DNA of 64,000 nt from Verrucomicrobiota bacterium (GTDB lineage: Bacteria; Verrucomicrobiota; Verrucomicrobiia; Limisphaerales; CAIQOK01): positions 187,051 through 251,050 of the forward strand of contig JAXMHO010000001.1 in assembly GCA_046346715.1 (NCBI GenBank). The letters are read 5' to 3'. Shown one piece after another: positions 1 through 9,481 of this stretch. The position numbers were made by a program, and so were the translations under genes. The notes beneath the pieces were generated by a model. The model saw nothing but the letters and a program-made list of their open reading frames with translations, was not told the DNA's origin and did not search any database. The number at the start of each line of letters is the position of its first letter. Position 1 is the stretch's first letter.

Positions 1-3000
1 GGATCGTAAAGGACGACGTAGCTGGCGGTCGTGAGGTTCAGGCCCGTGCCGGCGGCGCGCAGGCTCAGGAGGAAGACGCCCGCGCCGGGCTCGTTCTGGA
101 AGGCGTTGACGACTTCCTGCCGGTCCTTGGTCTGGCCGGTGAGAATGTGCGTCGGGATGCTGCGCGTGTGGCATTCCTTCTGGAGCAGTTCGAGCATCTG
201 GACGAACTGGCTAAACACCAAAACTTTTTGTCCGTCTGCGACGAGGGTGTCGAGCAGTTCAAACAAGGTGTCGGTCTTGCCGGAGGCGGAGTCGTTGCCG
301 ACAAGTTTCGGATGGCAGCAGATCTGGCGCAGGCGCGTGAGCGCGGCGAGGACGTGCATCTGGCTCTTGTTGATGCCCTTCTCGGCGACGGTCTGCATGA
401 CCTGCTCGCGGCTGCGGCGGAGTTCCGCAAGGTAAAGCTTCCGCTGTTCCTCGCCGAGCTGGCAGTCGCGGCGTTCCTCAATGCGGTCCGGCAAATCTTT
501 CGCGACGTGCTTCTTCAACCGGCGCAACAGCAGCGGGCGGAGCTTGGCGGACAGCCGGCGGCGCGCGATGCGCTGTTCGGCCTCGGGGTTTTCCGCGCCT
601 TTCGGCTCATAGAGTTCGAGGAAATGCTCCTGCGTGCCGAGGTAGCCGGGCTGCACGAAATCGACGATGCTCCAGAGGTCGAGCAGGCGGTTTTCCAGCG
701 GCGTGCCGGTGAGCGCGAGCCGATACTGGGCCTTGAGCTGCTTGACGGACTGGGTGACCTGCGCGCCGGGGTTCTTGATGAACTGCGCCTCGTCGAGAAT
801 GATCGCGCGGAAGGAAAATTTCTGCAGCTCCTCCAGGTCGCGCCGCAGCAGCGCGTAGTTCGTGACGATGAGGTCGTGCTGGGGAATTTGTTTCCGCAGG
901 ACGTGCCGGGCCGAGCCGCTTTCGAGCACGAGGATTTTCAGATGCGGGGTGAAACGCTCCGCCTCGCGCCGCCAGTTGTGCAGCACGGACGCCGGGCAGA
1001 TGACGAGGGAGGGCTTGGGATCTTTTTTGTTCTGGTCCTTGAGCCACGCCAGCCAGGCCAGCGTCTGGAGGGTTTTGCCAAGGCCCATGTCGTCGGCGAG
1101 AATTCCGCCCAGCCGGATGTTCGCGAGGTGGACGAGGAAATCAAAACCGTCCTTCTGATAGGGACGCATCTCCGCCTGCACCAGGGCGGGAACGTCGCTG
1201 GACGGAATGCCCTTGAAATCACGGAGCCGCTCTCGCAACGCCTGGGCCTGCGGCGAATCGGCAAACCGCTTGAGACCTTCCTCGTCGAGGTGCGCGGCCT
1301 GTTCCAGACCGATGCGCTGGGCGACGGGAATCAACCCTTCGACGCCGAGGTCCGCCATCGCCTCATGCGCAGATTGAACGGCGGTGGTGTCGAGTTCGAC
1401 CCAGCCCGAGTCGGGCAGTTTGACGAACCGGCTCGTGGCGGCGGCGAGACGCTGCAGGTCGGCGGCGCTGAGCTTGAGACCTTCCTGCTCCCATTCGGCG
1501 GAGACGGAGAGCCAGTCGATGCCGCTGCCCTTGACGATGAGCCGGGGCTTGAGCTGGCGCGGCTGGAGGAAGAGGCGATGAAAGGCGGGGTTGCCGAGGA
1601 AGTCTGTTTCCGGCGGACGATACGGCCAGACGCGGGCAAGCTGGCCGAGGAAATTTTCATTGGCATCGCCGACCCAGAGGCCGGGCTCGGGCGTGAACCA
1701 GTCGAGCTGGCGCAGCCATTGCACGGCGGTCTCCAGGCGCGGGTCGTCGAGGATCTCGGGCTTTTCACTGGCGCGCTGCTGGTGCGGCTTCCAGTCACGG
1801 CCGTTCCAAAACCACGAGCTGCCATCGCGCTTGCTCTTCGCCACCAGCCGCAGGCGGACGGTTTCATCCAGCAGCTCAAAGATGAACTGCGGCGCCGCGG
1901 GATGCGTGAGACAAAGCTGCTCCCAGTCCACGCCGTCGGAGAGATGCGTCCGGCGGAGATGCATCAGCAGGCGATGGCTCAGCTTGCGAACGGGAATGGC
2001 GGGCTTGCTCTGCCAGTGGTCGAGCACGGACAACGGCGGCGGATTCCGCAGGAGATAAAACGTTCCGCCGGCGAGCGCGAGCGGCGGATGGCTGGCGAAG
2101 ATGTGGATGTCGGTCAGGGAAACGGACCGTCCATCCGGCAAGGAAAGCCGGTGCGTGAAGGCGAGATCCTCGGTGCTGTGATCCAGGTGCGGGATCAGCT
2201 CGGCCACCTGGCCGTGGAACTGAATCTTTTTGCCGTCGGGCGCTTCCAGCCGCGCCGCGCGTCCCCAATGGGCCAGCCAGTGGAGCAGTTCGGAGTTGGT
2301 CAGGACCAGCGTGTCGGCGCCGTCCTTGCGTTCGCGATGCGTGTCCGCCAGCCATTGGATGAACTCCCAGTCGTCCGGCAGAAACAATTCCTGCTCATGG
2401 GCGGCGCGGGTGGTGAGCTCGATGATTTCGCGCAGGGAGCGGATCTTGTCGCCGGTGCGCGGCCGGATGAGATGGAACTGCACGCCGAGCCGCTGGCGCG
2501 AGGGCTGTTCCTCGTCGGGGCGCGGCTGGCAGACTACGCGCAGCGAGGCGCGCGGCGAATCCAGGTGCATGGGCTTGGCGGGAAACAGCCAGTTTTCCAG
2601 TTCACGCACCAGGGCCTGCTCATGTTCGGCTTCTTCAACCGCGGCGAACCGGTTCAGGTTGGAATACGGCTGCAGTTCCGGCGGCGTGGAACGCTTGGCG
2701 CGCAAAAACAGAAACGCCAGCTCCTCCAGCCGGGCCTTGCCCGTGACGACCAGCATCGCCGGCCACCAGTCGGTGGCGGGGAAATCCTTGCGGGACAGGG
2801 AAAGCTTCTCGAAGTAATCCTCCAGCAGCAGCCACGCGCGCTGGGAATCCGGGCAGGTGGCGAAGATGCGCAGCAGCTCCTCGCGTTCGGCCACGGCGGA
2901 TTTGGTGTCGGAGAGTTCGCGCCGCAAATCCGCCAGCGCCCCGTAGGTCTGGGAGAGAACCTTGTGATGCGCGTCATACTTGGTGGTGCTGACACCGCGC

Positions 3001-3035
3001 GCGCCATTTCCGTTTTTAGACAAATTCTTTGGCAT
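1..3035 (-). CDS. SNF2-family (RapA/HepA-like) DEAD/H-box helicase; 3' end cut by the window edge
   Basis: It is absent from the ORF track because this frame has no stop in the window, and no other ORF is listed in that frame over 3 kb. Manual reverse translation from ATG 3035 (MPKNLSKNGNG...) is open to position 1. SNF2 motif I is ILADDMGLGKT (about 1050-1085) and motif II is IILDEAQFIKN (about 770-800). The helicase-C block KVLVFSQF...LLSLRAAGTGLNLTTASYVVLYDP lies at 3-300. The first ~560 aa have no family I can name. Confidence 0.85.
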   Translation of the reverse strand, partial: MPKNLSKNGNGARGVSTTKYDAHHKVLSQTYGALADLRRELSDTKSAVAEREELLRIFATCPDSQRAWLLLEDYFEKLSLSRKDFPATDWWPAMLVVTGKARLEELAFLFLRAKRSTPPELQPYSNLNRFAAVEEAEHEQALVRELENWLFPAKPMHLDSPRASLRVVCQPRPDEEQPSRQRLGVQFHLIRPRTGDKIRSLREIIELTTRAAHEQELFLPDDWEFIQWLADTHRERKDGADTLVLTNSELLHWLAHWGRAARLEAPDGKKIQFHGQVAELIPHLDHSTEDLAFTHRLSLPDGRSVSLTDIHIFASHPPLALAGGTFYLLRNPPPLSVLDHWQSKPAIPVRKLSHRLLMHLRRTHLSDGVDWEQLCLTHPAAPQFIFELLDETVRLRLVAKSKRDGSSWFWNGRDWKPHQQRASEKPEILDDPRLETAVQWLRQLDWFTPEPGLWVGDANENFLGQLARVWPYRPPETDFLGNPAFHRLFLQPRQLKPRLIVKGSGIDWLSVSAEWEQEGLKLSAADLQRLAAATSRFVKLPDSGWVELDTTAVQSAHEAMADLGVEGLIPVAQRIGLEQAAHLDEEGLKRFADSPQAQALRERLRDFKGIPSSDVPALVQAEMRPYQKDGFDFLVHLANIRLGGILADDMGLGKTLQTLAWLAWLKDQNKKDPKPSLVICPASVLHNWRREAERFTPHLKILVLESGSARHVLRKQIPQHDLIVTNYALLRRDLEELQKFSFRAIILDEAQFIKNPGAQVTQSVKQLKAQYRLALTGTPLENRLLDLWSIVDFVQPGYLGTQEHFLELYEPKGAENPEAEQRIARRRLSAKLRPLLLRRLKKHVAKDLPDRIEERRDCQLGEEQRKLYLAELRRSREQVMQTVAEKGINKSQMHVLAALTRLRQICCHPKLVGNDSASGKTDTLFELLDTLVADGQKVLVFSQFVQMLELLQKECHTRSIPTHILTGQTKDRQEVVNAFQNEPGAGVFLLSLRAAGTGLNLTTASYVVLYD

Positions 3036-3161
3036 TCTGATTAAACGACCGTCGAGCCACTAAACGACCTATCATCTCGACAAATGACGACGCTCGGGTC
3101 AATCAGAAAAACAGGAATTTTGGGTTGTTCCCGCCTCAAACCCTTGACGAACTGCTGCGTT

Positions 3162-4253
3162 TCACAACGCAAACGGCAACGCGACAACCCGCACCCGACA
3201 TTCCCCGGCGGTGGTTCGCAAGGTCAGTTCGGCACCGGGCTGGTTGATTTCCCGGCGCACATAGCCCAGCACGAGCGACTGGGAAAACGACCGGGACCGG
3301 ACCGCGCTGGTCACGTAACCGACTTCCTTGTCGTCCTGAAATAGCCGGTCACCTTTTTGCGGAAGCGTGACCAGGCTGTCCAGCAATCGAAGTCCGCGCA
3401 GTTCCTTGGCCACCTGCCCCATGCTGTGGATGCGGTTCAACACCTCCTGACCGATGTAGCAGCCCTTGCTGTAGCTCACCGCGCGCGCTTCCAGTCCGGC
3501 TTCCAACGGCAGAATGGTTTCGTTCATGTCCACGCCGTAGCGCGGGATGCCCGCCTCGATGCGCGCCTCGTCAAAAGCCTGCCAGCCACAAGCGCGGCCA
3601 CCGGCCGCCTTCGCCGCGGCGATCAACTTGTCCGCCACCGCGCCCAGCGCCGCGTTCGGCACGAACAAATCAAACCCCGCCGAACCCAGCCGCGCGTGGT
3701 TCATCAGATAAATGTCGCCAAGCGTGGCGTCGGAAACTTTGATTGAGGCCAACGCCTTGGCGGGAAGTTCGGCGAACAAACCCAGCGCGCGAATCACCGC
3801 GTCCGACTTCGGCCCTTGCACGGTCAGCAAGCCGTAGTGCGGCGCGGCCTCGACGATTTGCACGTCGTCGGAAACGATGAACTTCTCCAGACGTTGCGCC
3901 ACTTTCAGCGAGAGGCCCGGTTCAAAATCCAGCAGCAGCTCGTCCTGAAGGCAGAAAATGTTCAGGTCGCTTTCCATTTTTCCCTTGGCGGTCACGAGCG
4001 CCGCATAACAGCCTTCGCCGACTCGGAGTTTCTTCACGTCATTGGTGACCTGCCCGTGCAGGAATCGAACCCGGTCCGTGCCGGTCAGACAAAGCCGCCC
4101 CCGAAAACTCAAGTCAAGCACCCCGGCATGCTGCCGCAACGCCGCGTGTTCGGCCGCGACGTCGCCGTAATGGCCGACCACCTCCGCGCCGTCCCGTTCG
4201 TCAAAGTGTGCGCCGAGTTCGTGATGCAGTTCGTGCAAGAGCAGACTTTCCAT
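3162..4253 (-). CDS. ygfZ: YgfZ/GcvT-like folate-binding protein
   Basis: This is the C-terminal 363 aa of track ORF 3162-5441, with the start moved to ATG 4253 (MESLLLHELHH). It has the family signature KGCYIGQE. The upstream 396 aa of the track ORF are R/A/G-rich shadow sequence overlapping real plus-strand genes. Confidence 0.8.
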   Translation of the reverse strand: MESLLLHELHHELGAHFDERDGAEVVGHYGDVAAEHAALRQHAGVLDLSFRGRLCLTGTDRVRFLHGQVTNDVKKLRVGEGCYAALVTAKGKMESDLNIFCLQDELLLDFEPGLSLKVAQRLEKFIVSDDVQIVEAAPHYGLLTVQGPKSDAVIRALGLFAELPAKALASIKVSDATLGDIYLMNHARLGSAGFDLFVPNAALGAVADKLIAAAKAAGGRACGWQAFDEARIEAGIPRYGVDMNETILPLEAGLEARAVSYSKGCYIGQEVLNRIHSMGQVAKELRGLRLLDSLVTLPQKGDRLFQDDKEVGYVTSAVRSRSFSQSLVLGYVRREINQPGAELTLRTTAGECRVRVVALPFAL

Positions 4254-4376
4254 GAAGACAGTGTAGCGGTTGCGGTCGTTTGCGGAAGTTGAATGTGCCC
4301 GGCGTTTACCCGCCGGGGAAATGGTGTTAGTCTTTTCTCGAATAAAAACGCCTGACCGGCGTCTAATCCGTGTGAT

Positions 4377-4898
4377 ATGAAGAAATGGTTCGTAATCATG
4401 GCCGCGCTGCTGACCTTGGCCTTTGCCGCCCAGGCCGGCGGGCATCGCTATTTTTGTTATCGCGGATGCAGTTCGCCCCGCGTCTCGTTCTACTGGTCGA
4501 GCTATCCCTGCTACACGCCGTGGTATTCCTATTCGTATGCCCCGGTGGTGGACTACGATGACACCTATTCGCGGCCGAACTACGCGGTCAACGGCGCGTT
4601 GACCGGCGCCTTGCTCGGCGGGCTCATCGGCGAAAGCTCGCATCACCGCGGCTGGGAAGGTGCCGGCATCGGCGCGGCGGCGGGCCTGCTGCTCGGTGGT
4701 CTGGCCGAGCACAATGCGCGGTCCTATGAACGCGCCTACGTCGCCCCGCGCGTTTCCCGCCAGCAAACCCTTTCCGTTCCCGCCGCTCCGACGGTGAACA
4801 CGGCCCCGACTGTTCCCGATGCCCCGCGCGTTCCGGATGCGCCCACCTATCGTCCCGCCAGCGCCATGAGCGGCGCCAACGCGCTGTTTGGCCGTTAA
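4377..4898 (+). CDS. secreted glycine-zipper protein (YMGG / 17-kDa-antigen-like)
   Basis: Signal peptide MKKWFVIMAALLTLAFAAQA. Glycine zippers GALTGALLGGLIG and GAGIGAAAGLLLGGLA. Pro-rich tail. Confidence 0.6.
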   Translation: MKKWFVIMAALLTLAFAAQAGGHRYFCYRGCSSPRVSFYWSSYPCYTPWYSYSYAPVVDYDDTYSRPNYAVNGALTGALLGGLIGESSHHRGWEGAGIGAAAGLLLGGLAEHNARSYERAYVAPRVSRQQTLSVPAAPTVNTAPTVPDAPRVPDAPTYRPASAMSGANALFGR

Positions 4899-4932
4899 TC
4901 TTTCCGTACCAAACCGAAACTTGAAAACATCT

Positions 4933-5556
4933 ATGAACCTCTCCCGTCTGTCCTTCACCGCCCTCGCCCTCGCCGGAATCGTTTCCGGCTGCGCCTCCTC
5001 CGGCGTCCGCAATCCGTCCGGCAAACCCGTCACCCAGATGCGCGCCGACGAACAGGGCTTTGTCGCCGGCACCGGCGTCGAATCCCAGGACCTCGTCGCC
5101 GTGACCGACAAGATGGCCCGGGGCATATTGTCCGTGCCGCAGATCGCCAACGCGCAAGGCACGCCGCGCATCGCGCTGGATCCGGTGGTGAACAACACGC
5201 GGTTCCCCATCAACAAGGACATTTTCCTGACCCGCATCCGGGGACAGCTCAACAGCAAGGCGGCCGGCAAGGTGTTGTTCCTGGCCCGCGACCGCATGGC
5301 GGCATTGGAACATGAACGCGCGCTCAAGCAGTCCGGCCAGGTCACCGCCAGCGCCGATCCGAACGTGGTGGAATTCAAGGGCGCGGACTTTTTCCTGACC
5401 GGCAAGCTCGAAGGCATGTCCACCCGCACCAGCGCCGGCACGAGCGACTACGTGCTCTACAGCTTCCAACTCATCGACGCCCGCACCACGGACATCATCT
5501 GGGAAGACACGGCGGAGATTAAGAAACAAGGGCTGGAAGATGCGGCGTATCGGTGA
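4933..5556 (+). CDS. lpoB: LpoB-like lipoprotein (COG3417, penicillin-binding-protein activator family)
   Basis: Start moved to ATG 4933, giving MNLSRLSFTALALAGIVSGC with a lipobox. The pattern DPVVNNTRFPI...FFLTGKLEG...YVLYSFQLIDARTTDIIW resembles the LpoB fold. It lies beside a YcfL-like gene, as in the E. coli ycfL-lpoB neighbourhood. Confidence 0.55.
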   Translation: MNLSRLSFTALALAGIVSGCASSGVRNPSGKPVTQMRADEQGFVAGTGVESQDLVAVTDKMARGILSVPQIANAQGTPRIALDPVVNNTRFPINKDIFLTRIRGQLNSKAAGKVLFLARDRMAALEHERALKQSGQVTASADPNVVEFKGADFFLTGKLEGMSTRTSAGTSDYVLYSFQLIDARTTDIIWEDTAEIKKQGLEDAAYR

Positions 5557-5570
5557 TTTGAAAACCGGGG

Positions 5571-5665
5571 AAACATTCAACATCCAACATCCAACGCTCA
5601 ACGTCCAAGTCAGGAACGCGCCACACATTGGGCGTTCGATGTTGAATGTTCGTCGTTGGATGTTT
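5571..5665. repeat. two inverted arrays of a 7-nt unit: (CAACRTC)x5 at 5571-5609 and (GAYGTTG)x5 at 5631-5665
   Basis: Read directly. The forward array is AAACATT CAACATC CAACATC CAACGCT CAACGTC, followed by a 21-nt spacer. The reverse array is GGCGTTC GATGTTG AATGTTC GTCGTTG GATGTTT. The second array contains the ATG (5639) of the next lipoprotein gene. Confidence 0.7.
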
Positions 5666-6814
5666 TGCCTGCTGGGCTTGCTGCTGTTCACCGGCTGCGC
5701 CACCCAAAGACGCTCCGTTCACCTGACCGGCAACATCCTGGTGGACGGTCCCGCCATGATCACGAACGGCCCGCCGCAGGACAAAGTGCTCTGGCAGTAT
5801 CGCACCGCCGCCGCCGCCATGCGCCGCGGACAGTTTGAGCTCGCCAAACAGATGCTCGATGACGCCTTGCTGACGGCTGGCGGCATTTCCACCGACAAGA
5901 GCGCCCGGCTCGCGCGCAGTTATTTTCATCCGGAATCGCGCAAGACCTTCATCGGCGAACCTTACGAACGCGTGATGGCCTATTATTATCGCGGCATTCT
6001 TTACTGGATGGACGGCGAACCGGACAACGCCCGCGCCTGTTTCCGCAGCGCCGCCATGCAGGATGCCGATGCGGAAGCCCACGAATACTCGGCGGACTAC
6101 GCGCTGCTCGATTACCTCGACGGCCTCGCGACGGTGAAGCTCGCCGGCGACGGCTCGGACGCCTTTGCCCGCGCCGAGAAGGAGGCGCGTCTCGCCAAAC
6201 TTCCGCCCGCCGAATTGAAGGCCAACGTCCTCTGCTTCGTCGAATCCGGCATGGGTCCGTATAAATATGCCTCCGGACAATATCGCGAGGAGCTTCGCTT
6301 CGGCCTGCCCGCTTCGCCGGTGGCCTCCGCCGTCATCGACGTCGCCGGCCAGAAGGTTTCGGCCGCGCCGGTGGACGATTTATATTTTCAGGCTACCACC
6401 CGCGGCGGCCGGGTCATGGATCATGTGCTCGGCAACAAGGCGAAGTTCAAGGCCACAACCGATGCCATCGGCACCACGGCGATCATCGGCGGCGCGGTCG
6501 CAGCCAGTCAGCGCAACCGGACGTCGCAGGAAGTCGGTCTAGGTCTGATCGCTGCCGGTGTAGTGAGCGAAATCATTTCCGGCGCCACCACACCCGCCGC
6601 CGATGTCCGTTCCTGGAGCAACCTTCCCCGTTACCTGAGCTTTGCCAGCCTTTCCCTGCCGCCGGGCCAGCATACCGCGACGATTGAGTTTTTTGATGGT
6701 GACGGAAAGGTCCTGCCGAATCTGACCAAGACCCTCACCCTCGAAGTTCCCGCCGACGGCAAAGACAAGGTCGTCTTCGTCAGCGACAAATCGACAACCC
6801 CACAACACTTATGA
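5639..6814 (+). CDS. lipoprotein of unknown function (TPR-like N-terminal part)
   Basis: Start moved to ATG 5639, giving MLNVRRWMFCLLGLLLFTGC with a lipobox. Its stop overlaps the next start (ATGA at 6811-6814). Confidence 0.6.
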   Translation: MLNVRRWMFCLLGLLLFTGCATQRRSVHLTGNILVDGPAMITNGPPQDKVLWQYRTAAAAMRRGQFELAKQMLDDALLTAGGISTDKSARLARSYFHPESRKTFIGEPYERVMAYYYRGILYWMDGEPDNARACFRSAAMQDADAEAHEYSADYALLDYLDGLATVKLAGDGSDAFARAEKEARLAKLPPAELKANVLCFVESGMGPYKYASGQYREELRFGLPASPVASAVIDVAGQKVSAAPVDDLYFQATTRGGRVMDHVLGNKAKFKATTDAIGTTAIIGGAVAASQRNRTSQEVGLGLIAAGVVSEIISGATTPAADVRSWSNLPRYLSFASLSLPPGQHTATIEFFDGDGKVLPNLTKTLTLEVPADGKDKVVFVSDKSTTPQHL

Positions 6815-7233
6815 AAAAACTGTTCCTCGCTCTCGCTCTCGCCACCGGCGCGGCCGGCTTCACCGGCTGCAAAACCGCCGTCCACGATCACGGCGCCTAT
6901 CTGCCGCTGAATGTCCCGGTGAACGACAAGGAGAACTACGTCTCGGCCGTGCTGCTCAGCGAACGCGTGCAGAAGTCGGTCGCCGTTCCCGGCATCCAGG
7001 AAACCCGGCTGCCTGACGGCCGACTCCATGTCGCGGTGCAGTTGCGCAACCGCGAAGAGCGCCGCATCCAGGTGCAGGCGAACTGCGAGTTCAAGGACGC
7101 GCAGGGCTTCGTCATCGACACCACGCCGTTTCAGAATGTGTTCTTCGACGAGAACTCCCAGGAGTCCGTGAAGTTCATCGCCCTGAGTGAAAAGGCCGCG
7201 CGCTACACCATCCGGGTCCGCGAGGCGCATTGA
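6811..7233 (+). CDS. YcfL-like (DUF1425) lipoprotein
   Basis: MKKLFLALALATGAAGFTGC carries a lipobox. The body GRLHVAVQLRNREERRIQVQANCEFKDAQGFVID matches the DUF1425 pattern. Confidence 0.55.
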   Translation: MKKLFLALALATGAAGFTGCKTAVHDHGAYLPLNVPVNDKENYVSAVLLSERVQKSVAVPGIQETRLPDGRLHVAVQLRNREERRIQVQANCEFKDAQGFVIDTTPFQNVFFDENSQESVKFIALSEKAARYTIRVREAH

Positions 7234-7268
7234 ACGAAATCCGTCCACCATTTATCCAACAGGCAGCT

Positions 7269-8183
7269 ATGAAAACTTGGATTCAACTTGGTTTGCCGGC
7301 GATTTTGCTTACCACGCTTTCCGTGCAGGCGCAGCGGGGAACGCACCAGTTCCCGCCGCCGCCGGCGCCCAAGCCCGACGTGCCGAAGGTGTGGGTGGAT
7401 TCCACTTACCAACCGCCGGCGTGGTCCGCCGAGCGCACCTCGGCGCCGACCTACGTCTATGAACAAAAACAATACGGCGGCCGCCCGGCCATCGTGACGC
7501 CGGAACAGGCGCAGGGAATCATCGACGCCTTCAAGGCCGCGTATCCGAAGCTGGGCAATCCCCGCCTGCTCATCTACGTGAACCGCGAGCTGGTTTCCGA
7601 ATCGCCGGGCATGAAAGTCACGCACGGCACCCAGCACATCGAGAGCACCAAGAGCTTCGGCACGGGCAGCAATGAAACCGCGTCGGTCAAAACCGTCACC
7701 GACCAGAGCTTCCGCGCGGACGACAAGGCCAAGCCCACCTTGGCAGACAAACAAACCGTCCGGGACATCGAACGCCTGTTCGGACGTCCGCTGCGGCAGG
7801 CCGGCGCGACGTTGGTGGATCAAAAGGTTGCCGCCCAGTTGATCGCGGACAAGCCGATCACGGATTTCGTCGGCACCACCGACTCGGCGGAATCGCGCAA
7901 GGACCGGGAAGCGATTGCGCGCATTGCTGACGTGGTGATTGAACTGCTCGTGGCGTCGAAGACGGTGGTGGTTCCGACCATCGCGGATTCGCAGACCGTG
8001 ACCGTGCCGGACATTCAAGCCACGGCCATCAGCCTGAAAGACTCGAAGATCATCGGCCAGGCGGCGGCGAGCGAAGTGTTGAACCGCGTCCCGCCGAGTT
8101 CGCTGGGCAGCCTGGGCGTGGCGGAAATTACGGAGGCCATCGCGCTGGCCGTGATGGAAGACATGACGGGCGAGGCGAAGTAG
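7269..8183 (+). CDS. secreted protein of unknown function
   Basis: Start moved to ATG 7269 (MKTWIQLGLPAILLTTLSVQAQ). Normal coding composition. No family recognised. Confidence 0.55.
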   Translation: MKTWIQLGLPAILLTTLSVQAQRGTHQFPPPPAPKPDVPKVWVDSTYQPPAWSAERTSAPTYVYEQKQYGGRPAIVTPEQAQGIIDAFKAAYPKLGNPRLLIYVNRELVSESPGMKVTHGTQHIESTKSFGTGSNETASVKTVTDQSFRADDKAKPTLADKQTVRDIERLFGRPLRQAGATLVDQKVAAQLIADKPITDFVGTTDSAESRKDREAIARIADVVIELLVASKTVVVPTIADSQTVTVPDIQATAISLKDSKIIGQAAASEVLNRVPPSSLGSLGVAEITEAIALAVMEDMTGEAK

Positions 8184-8212
8184 CCCCGCTACGGGAAGTC
8201 CGTCCGAAAACT

Positions 8213-9286
8213 TTAATTCACCGCCGCCGCTGCCTTCGGGCTTTTCGACAGCGTCTCAAAGCCCCAGCGCAGCATGCGTTCCGTGGTTTCCCAAGAGATG
8301 CACGCATCGGTGATGGAAACACCGGGACGGAGTTCGGCGAGGTTCTTCGGAATCGGCTGCGCGCCTTCGTGGAGATAGCTTTCGATCATCGCACCGATGA
8401 GCGAAGTGGTGCCGGCGACGCGCTGTTCGATGATGCTGTGCCAGACATCTTCCTGCCGCGCGGCCTGTTTGCCGGAGTTCGCGTGGCTGCAATCCACCAT
8501 CATCACTGGCGGCAGACCGGACTGCTTCAGCTTCGCTTCCGCTTCCGCAATGCTCTTCGCATCGTAATTCGTCATCGCCCGGCCGCCGCGCAACACGACG
8601 TGGCCGTCCACGTTGCCGGTTGTGCGGACGATGCTGGTGAAGCCGTCCTGATCAATGCCGAGAAAACTGTGCGGCGTGCGCGCCGAGACCATCGCGTCCA
8701 CGGCGATCTGCAGGCTGCCGTCGGTGGCGTTCTTGAAACCGATGGGCATGGAAAGGCCGCTGGCCAGCTCGCGATGCGTCTGGGATTCCGTCGTGCGCGC
8801 GCCAATGGCCGCCCAGGTGACGAGGTCGGCGGTGTATTGCGGAATGATGGGGTCGAGAAATTCCGTCGCCGACGGCAGACCGAGCGCGGTGATGTCGAGC
8901 AGCAGCTTGCGGGCGATCTTCAGGCCGGATTCGATGTCCTGGGAATTGTCCAGGCGCGGATCGTTGATCAAGCCCTTCCAGCCGATGGTCGTGCGCGGTT
9001 TTTCAAAATAGACGCGCATCACGATTTCCATCTGGCTGGCGAATTCCTTGCGGAGCACGCTGAGCTTCTGGGCGTATTCGAGCGCGCCCTTGACGTCATG
9101 AATCGAGCACGGCCCGACCACGACCAGCAGGCGCGGGTCGTTCTGGCGGAGAATGCGGGTGACGGCCTCGCGACCGCGCGCAACGGTGGCGCTGGCGGCC
9201 TCGGTCAACGGCAGAGTGGACTTGAGCGCGTTGGGCGCCTGCAGCCGGACGATTTCTCTGACGTGCAAATCCTGGGTCTGATACAT
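8213..9286 (-). CDS. aroG: class I (AroF/G/H-type) 3-deoxy-7-phosphoheptulonate (DAHP) synthase
   Basis: 357 aa from ATG 9286 ([12 protein letters not shown]). Motifs [32 protein letters not shown] and MVDCSHANS. The isozyme cannot be assigned from sequence. Confidence 0.9.
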   Translation of the reverse strand: MYQTQDLHVREIVRLQAPNALKSTLPLTEAASATVARGREAVTRILRQNDPRLLVVVGPCSIHDVKGALEYAQKLSVLRKEFASQMEIVMRVYFEKPRTTIGWKGLINDPRLDNSQDIESGLKIARKLLLDITALGLPSATEFLDPIIPQYTADLVTWAAIGARTTESQTHRELASGLSMPIGFKNATDGSLQIAVDAMVSARTPHSFLGIDQDGFTSIVRTTGNVDGHVVLRGGRAMTNYDAKSIAEAEAKLKQSGLPPVMMVDCSHANSGKQAARQEDVWHSIIEQRVAGTTSLIGAMIESYLHEGAQPIPKNLAELRPGVSITDACISWETTERMLRWGFETLSKSPKAAAAVN

Positions 9287-9481
9287 CGGCGGCAGTATAG
9301 CATTTCCCGCCGGCGGTGAAAGTCTTAAAGCGGCGGGGGCGGGGGCGGACGGCTCCGTTCCGCCGCGAAGAAAGCTTCCACAAAGGCTCTGGTCGGTTGG
9401 CAAGGGGCGGAAGAGACTGGTGAACCGCCGCAATGAGCGTATGCTCGACGCAGTTCAACGTTCCATCTGAAACCAAACCCT

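Noticed and set aside
147-3044. 965-aa plus-strand ORF, the longest ORF listed at the left end
   Set aside because: Its translation is L/R/A/G-rich with no motifs. The opposite strand encodes a complete set of SNF2 motifs in a frame open across the whole interval, so this ORF is an antisense shadow typical of high-GC DNA.
4254-5441. N-terminal 396 aa of track ORF 3162-5441 (759 aa)
   Set aside because: It is R/G/A-rich low-complexity sequence that overlaps the well-formed glycine-zipper and LpoB-like genes on the plus strand. The YgfZ homology begins only at the internal ATG 4253.
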